A stretch of 64,000 nt of DNA, taken from contig DVNL01000007.1 in assembly GCA_018714385.1 (NCBI GenBank), forward strand, positions 6,037-70,036. Reading direction: 5' to 3'. The position numbers were made by a program, and so were the translations under genes. Below the pieces are notes generated by a model, which was given only the letters and a program-made list of their open reading frames with translations, did no database searches and was not told the DNA's origin. The DNA comes from Candidatus Enterosoma merdigallinarum. Lineage in GTDB: Bacteria; Bacillota_I; Bacilli_A; RFN20; CAG-288. Positions within the stretch are counted from its first letter, which is position 1. Every line of letters begins with the position of its first letter. Below, piece after piece: positions 60,381-64,000 of the stretch.

Positions 60381-60989
60381 TCATTCGTCCGGCTTCTGGC
60401 CGTCATGGGCCTGCCATAGACAGTCTCCGAAGTCAAAATCGGAGAAGATGGCTTCGAAAGAGGAATCTTCCGGAGAACAGGCATAGACTCCGAAGCGGAT
60501 CGGGCCTTTCGCTTTTTTCATGTGGCAGATCCGCATCTGTTTGAAGGTCTTTCCGTCGAAGGAACACTCGATCCGGAAATCATCCTCCCTGCGGCTGAGC
60601 CGATACCAGAGGACATCGACGGAAACAGGGATCTCCATCGTCGCCCAATCCGAGAATCCGTCGTTTGTCACGACGCTTCCGAGATGTCGGAAAGTCTCGT
60701 TTTCATACTCTGCCGAGGCCTTCAGCCAGTTTTCGCTATCGAGATACAAGACGATGCCGCACTGATCGAAGCGATGGCAGGCTGCCTTGAAGGACGTTTT
60801 CACAGTGAAGCTGAAAAAGTCTTTTTCCGTCTTCATCTGGAAGCATGGGGCATTGTCGTTTCGGAAGTGATAATAAGTTCTTTGCCAAAGATCGGTATGG
60901 GGAATGGTCGCCATCGTCAGCATGTTTCCGTTCTTTTTCCATGTTTTCGGCTCACGGATCCATTCGAATTCGTCGAGGTTGTTCATCAT
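60381..60989 (-). CDS. DUF1349 family protein
   Basis: 'TDLWQRTYYHFRNDNAP', 'FDQCG', 'GVYACSP'. Confidence 0.85.
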   Translation of the reverse strand: MMNNLDEFEWIREPKTWKKNGNMLTMATIPHTDLWQRTYYHFRNDNAPCFQMKTEKDFFSFTVKTSFKAACHRFDQCGIVLYLDSENWLKASAEYENETFRHLGSVVTNDGFSDWATMEIPVSVDVLWYRLSRREDDFRIECSFDGKTFKQMRICHMKKAKGPIRFGVYACSPEDSSFEAIFSDFDFGDCLWQAHDGQKPDE

Positions 60990-61172
60990 GGTTCTGGTTC
61001 TCTCCCTCTATATTTTAATTATATTCCACAGATTCAATTTTTGGATAAATAAGGATGACAACAATTGACACCTATTAATTAAATTGAAAGTTGGCAAATC
61101 GAAATATAATTAAAAACATCAATAAATAAACGGAAATAATGATATAATTTCATCGAACGAAAGGAGAATTCT

Positions 61173-61763
61173 ATGTTTGTGTCAGAGAAAGTAGAAGAAA
61201 CCGGAAGATATGTTCCGTGGCTTTTTGCCATTCTGTTTATTATCGCCATCAACATTCCGGTGTTTTCTTATTCCGCAGGAGAAAAAGAGGTTCTGTTCTT
61301 CCTTGCGTCCCTGGATGCGACTTCCGTGAGTTTTACAAGCGGGATTTCCGTCCTTCTTTTGTCTTTTGCCGCCATCTTCTCGCCGTTTTTCTCCTACTAT
61401 TCCTACTATTCCGACAACAAGGTCGGGAAGGTTCTAGGCATAAGTCTTTCTTTGGTGACTCTCTGCTTTTCCATCGCCATTCTTCGGGCTTATGCCGTCT
61501 ATGCCGGCAATCTCAAACTTGAAGAGACCTCCTTCACTGGGGCGATCATGCTTCTTCTTCTTCTTCTTCTTGCTATTGCCAACCTCTTTTATTGCTTTTG
61601 CTTTTCCTTGGTTTCGACGCGCCAAAAACCGAAATGGCATAGGGTTTCCCCAATCAAGACGCCTCATTCCCATCCCCATGGAGTCCCGACCATGACGGCT
61701 GATTCCAAGCAGGACACGTCGGACTTTGAACCCGAGAAAAGAGCAGAAGATTTCTTCGACTGA
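61173..61763 (+). CDS. Hypothetical ~4-TM membrane protein
   Basis: SD aaggag; four hydrophobic segments; AT-rich promoter region upstream. Confidence 0.7.
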   Translation: MFVSEKVEETGRYVPWLFAILFIIAINIPVFSYSAGEKEVLFFLASLDATSVSFTSGISVLLLSFAAIFSPFFSYYSYYSDNKVGKVLGISLSLVTLCFSIAILRAYAVYAGNLKLEETSFTGAIMLLLLLLLAIANLFYCFCFSLVSTRQKPKWHRVSPIKTPHSHPHGVPTMTADSKQDTSDFEPEKRAEDFFD

Positions 61764-61846
61764 ATCGGAGTTGCGGGAGGAGACGTATTCTTTCAAGGCG
61801 CCTCATCAAACTTGTATCTGTCTGTTCAATGATCAAGATGCGATCG

Positions 61847-62401
61847 TCATCCAGCCTTGCTTTGATATCGGAAGCACCCCTTTTCATGGGAGTCGATGAT
61901 TCCGATGGCCTGAAGATAGGCATAGATGATCGTGCTTCCGACAAAGCGCATGCCTTTCTCATAAAGATCGTTTGAGACGGCATCGGAAAGATCGTTTCTG
62001 CTTTTTCCTGTCTCGTGTCGTATCTTGCCGCGACTGAAGTGGAGAAGATAGTCTCTGAAGCTTCCGAATTCTTTTTGGATGGCAAGGAAGACTTCGGCGT
62101 TGCGGACGGCAGCCCTGATTTTGAGCCTGTTCCGGATGATCTTTGAATCAGCAAGGAGTGTTGCCGTCTTTTTCTCGTCGTATCCGGCGATGACCCTCGG
62201 GTTGAAATCGTCGAATGCCTTTCGGAAATCTTCTCTCTTGTTCAGGACACACTCCCAGGACAAGCCGGCCTGGAACGTTTCCAAAAGGAGCATTTCGAAA
62301 AGATAGGAGTCCCTCAAGTCCAGGACGCCCCATTCCTCATCGTGGTATTTCACGTAGAGGGGGTTTTTCAGGTTGCACCAGGAACATCTTTTCTTGTCCA
62401 T
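61847..62401 (-). CDS. tag: DNA-3-methyladenine glycosylase I
   Basis: 'RCSW', 'YHDEEWG', 'FQAGLSW', 'IIRNRLKI', 'FVGSTI', 'HEKGC'. Confidence 0.95.
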   Translation of the reverse strand: MDKKRCSWCNLKNPLYVKYHDEEWGVLDLRDSYLFEMLLLETFQAGLSWECVLNKREDFRKAFDDFNPRVIAGYDEKKTATLLADSKIIRNRLKIRAAVRNAEVFLAIQKEFGSFRDYLLHFSRGKIRHETGKSRNDLSDAVSNDLYEKGMRFVGSTIIYAYLQAIGIIDSHEKGCFRYQSKAG

Positions 62402-62447
62402 TTCTCAAAAGGCCTTTCTTCCTTTACGATACCATCGTCATGGACTA

Positions 62448-62473
62448 AGAAAAAGGCCGCATTTCTGCGGCCT
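62448..62473 (-). terminator. Intrinsic terminator
   Basis: aggccgca / tgcggcct stem with T-run on minus strand, just after the stop at 62491. Confidence 0.75.
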
Positions 62474-62490
62474 GAAGATTCTGTCTTTGC

Positions 62491-64000
62491 TCAGCTCAAG
62501 GAGAGGGTGACCATGTAGTTCTTGTACCACTGCAGGTCGTTCTTCTGGAGGCCGATGAGGAGAGTCTTCTCAGCACCATTGACGGTGATCTTTTCCTCCG
62601 CCTGGTAGACGGCATCGTAATAGTCTTTGTATTGGGTCATCTGGGCATCGGTCCACTTGGTGAAGCCGGAGTCCTGGGCGGAGAGCTTTTCCTGATAGTG
62701 CGAATCGAGATCCTGGAGCTCCTTGGACGTGGAGAAGTCCCAGCATTCCAAAGTCATCTGATTCTCGTCATAGATATAGCTGATCTTCCAGACCGGGAAG
62801 AGTCCTCCGGGAGCGGGGAGGGACTTGAGGTTTTCCTCTCCGCCGATGAAGGAGAGGAGGACCGGATAGCCGGGATCGGACGAGAGCATGTCGACGAAGG
62901 AGAGGTTGTCGCAATTTTCGCGGATGTCGGCATCGCCGATGATCGTTTCGCTGGTGATGTCGCCGATTTCCGTATAGGTGAAGGTCTGGAAGTTCTCTCG
63001 CTGGTCGGCGCCAGTGCCGAGAAGCTCGAAGTTGTGGATGTAGAACTCGGCCTCGTCTTCGCCGATCTCGACGGTGAAGTCTTCCACGGCCTCGAGGTTG
63101 GTGATCGCCTCGAAAGTGCCGTTGAAGCCGTCGACGAGGAAGTCGGAGGATCCATACTGGACATAGCGAGGATAGGATGCGGCATCGTTGAGATGGTAAA
63201 CGCCCTCCGCATCCTTGGTGAAGAAGACGGAGGAAAGGGCAAAGCTCGCATAGGTCACGGCGCTTTCGTCCTTGGCCTCGCCGACAGGATAGTAGGCATC
63301 CCCGATGCGGGTCAGGGTCTGGTAGGTCTCGCTCGTCTCATCGTATTCGATGAGTCTTTCTTCCTTGATGGCGTTGGGGTCGTTATCCTCCATCGTCGTC
63401 AGGGAGAAGTACTTGCCGTCGGTGACGACGTCCGCCGCCCTGTAGTTCATGTCCTCCGGATAGGTGGAGTTGACAAGGAAGTTCCAGGAGCCTTCGCCCC
63501 TGTAGTTGTTTCCTTGGAGGCGGGCCATCATGTCATCGAAGGCCTTGTCCGCCGTCCCCTCGACCGGGGCGACCTTCTCGATGGCATCCGAACCGACCTT
63601 GGTGAAACTTCCCAAGACGAGTGTCGAATCGACGATGCCCAACGCAGAGGCATAGGCGGGGAAGGTGACCTGATAGCCGATGATGGCGTTGTTCTCGAAG
63701 ATCAAGGTGAAGGAATCCGCAAGAAGCTCGGGGAATCCGCCGTAGGCCTGAGGGGAGATGAAGCTGGCATATTCTTCGAGGACGTCTTCCTTCAGCTCGT
63801 AATTGCCTTCGTCATTCTCCGTGAAGTCGTCCGCCGAGAGGAAGCGGAAGAAGTTGCCTAGGCCATTGTCCTCCTCGAAGGTGGCATAGGTGAACTCCTC
63901 TTGCCCCATGTCGACGAAATAACTGTGATGGATCTTGTTGTCGAGGCCGATGCTGATGTTGTCCAAGGCCTTGATCTTCTTGCCCTCGTCCGCGCCGATG
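62491..64000 (-). CDS. Acidic surface protein, probably lipoprotein, 5' end outside window; related to the 9167/10591 proteins
   Basis: Frame is open to the window edge; 'AFDDMMARLQGNNY' and 'FALSSVFF' resemble motifs of the 9167/10591 proteins. Confidence 0.7.
   Translation of the reverse strand, partial: IGADEGKKIKALDNISIGLDNKIHHSYFVDMGQEEFTYATFEEDNGLGNFFRFLSADDFTENDEGNYELKEDVLEEYASFISPQAYGGFPELLADSFTLIFENNAIIGYQVTFPAYASALGIVDSTLVLGSFTKVGSDAIEKVAPVEGTADKAFDDMMARLQGNNYRGEGSWNFLVNSTYPEDMNYRAADVVTDGKYFSLTTMEDNDPNAIKEERLIEYDETSETYQTLTRIGDAYYPVGEAKDESAVTYASFALSSVFFTKDAEGVYHLNDAASYPRYVQYGSSDFLVDGFNGTFEAITNLEAVEDFTVEIGEDEAEFYIHNFELLGTGADQRENFQTFTYTEIGDITSETIIGDADIRENCDNLSFVDMLSSDPGYPVLLSFIGGEENLKSLPAPGGLFPVWKISYIYDENQMTLECWDFSTSKELQDLDSHYQEKLSAQDSGFTKWTDAQMTQYKDYYDAVYQAEEKITVNGAEKTLLIGLQKNDLQWYKNYMVTLSLS

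Noticed and set aside
1-64000. Genetic code 4 (Mollicute-like TGA=Trp)
   Set aside because: TGA ends many genes at expected positions, including ATGA overlaps, and long ORFs are intact under code 11

Overview
64 kb of bacterial chromosome using standard code 11 (TGA is a stop). The gene content suggests a gut-type Firmicute/Bacilli lineage with many Ser-rich lipoproteins, fused ABC ATPase-permeases and a BspA-type LRR protein; this is inference, and no rRNA, tRNA, CRISPR array or intact mobile element was seen. From left to right: a compact candidate type I toxin-antitoxin locus (1.0-1.4 kb); a TetR gene with two MacB-like ABC fusions; a three-lipoprotein operon; and an AgrC/AgrA-like two-component pair, whose kinase is frameshifted at a C7 tract. 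That pair sits before a LytTR-box promoter for a lipoprotein, a 4-TM protein and a membrane-anchored GH3. Next come a GH5, an MFS-GH2 fusion, housekeeping genes, and an AraC-linked GH3/MFS/GH78/SDR/ferredoxin glycoside locus. A candidate anti-phage island at 42.4-51.6 kb holds MazG-DUF2075-UvrA2, a WYL-like/SF1 helicase/DUF2726 fusion and a DUF3578-DUF3883 nuclease. The window ends with a 1883-aa BspA-like lipoprotein carrying an internal second lipobox, another ABC fusion, DUF1349, tag and a partial lipoprotein. All family assignments come from motif recognition by eye, not from database searches.
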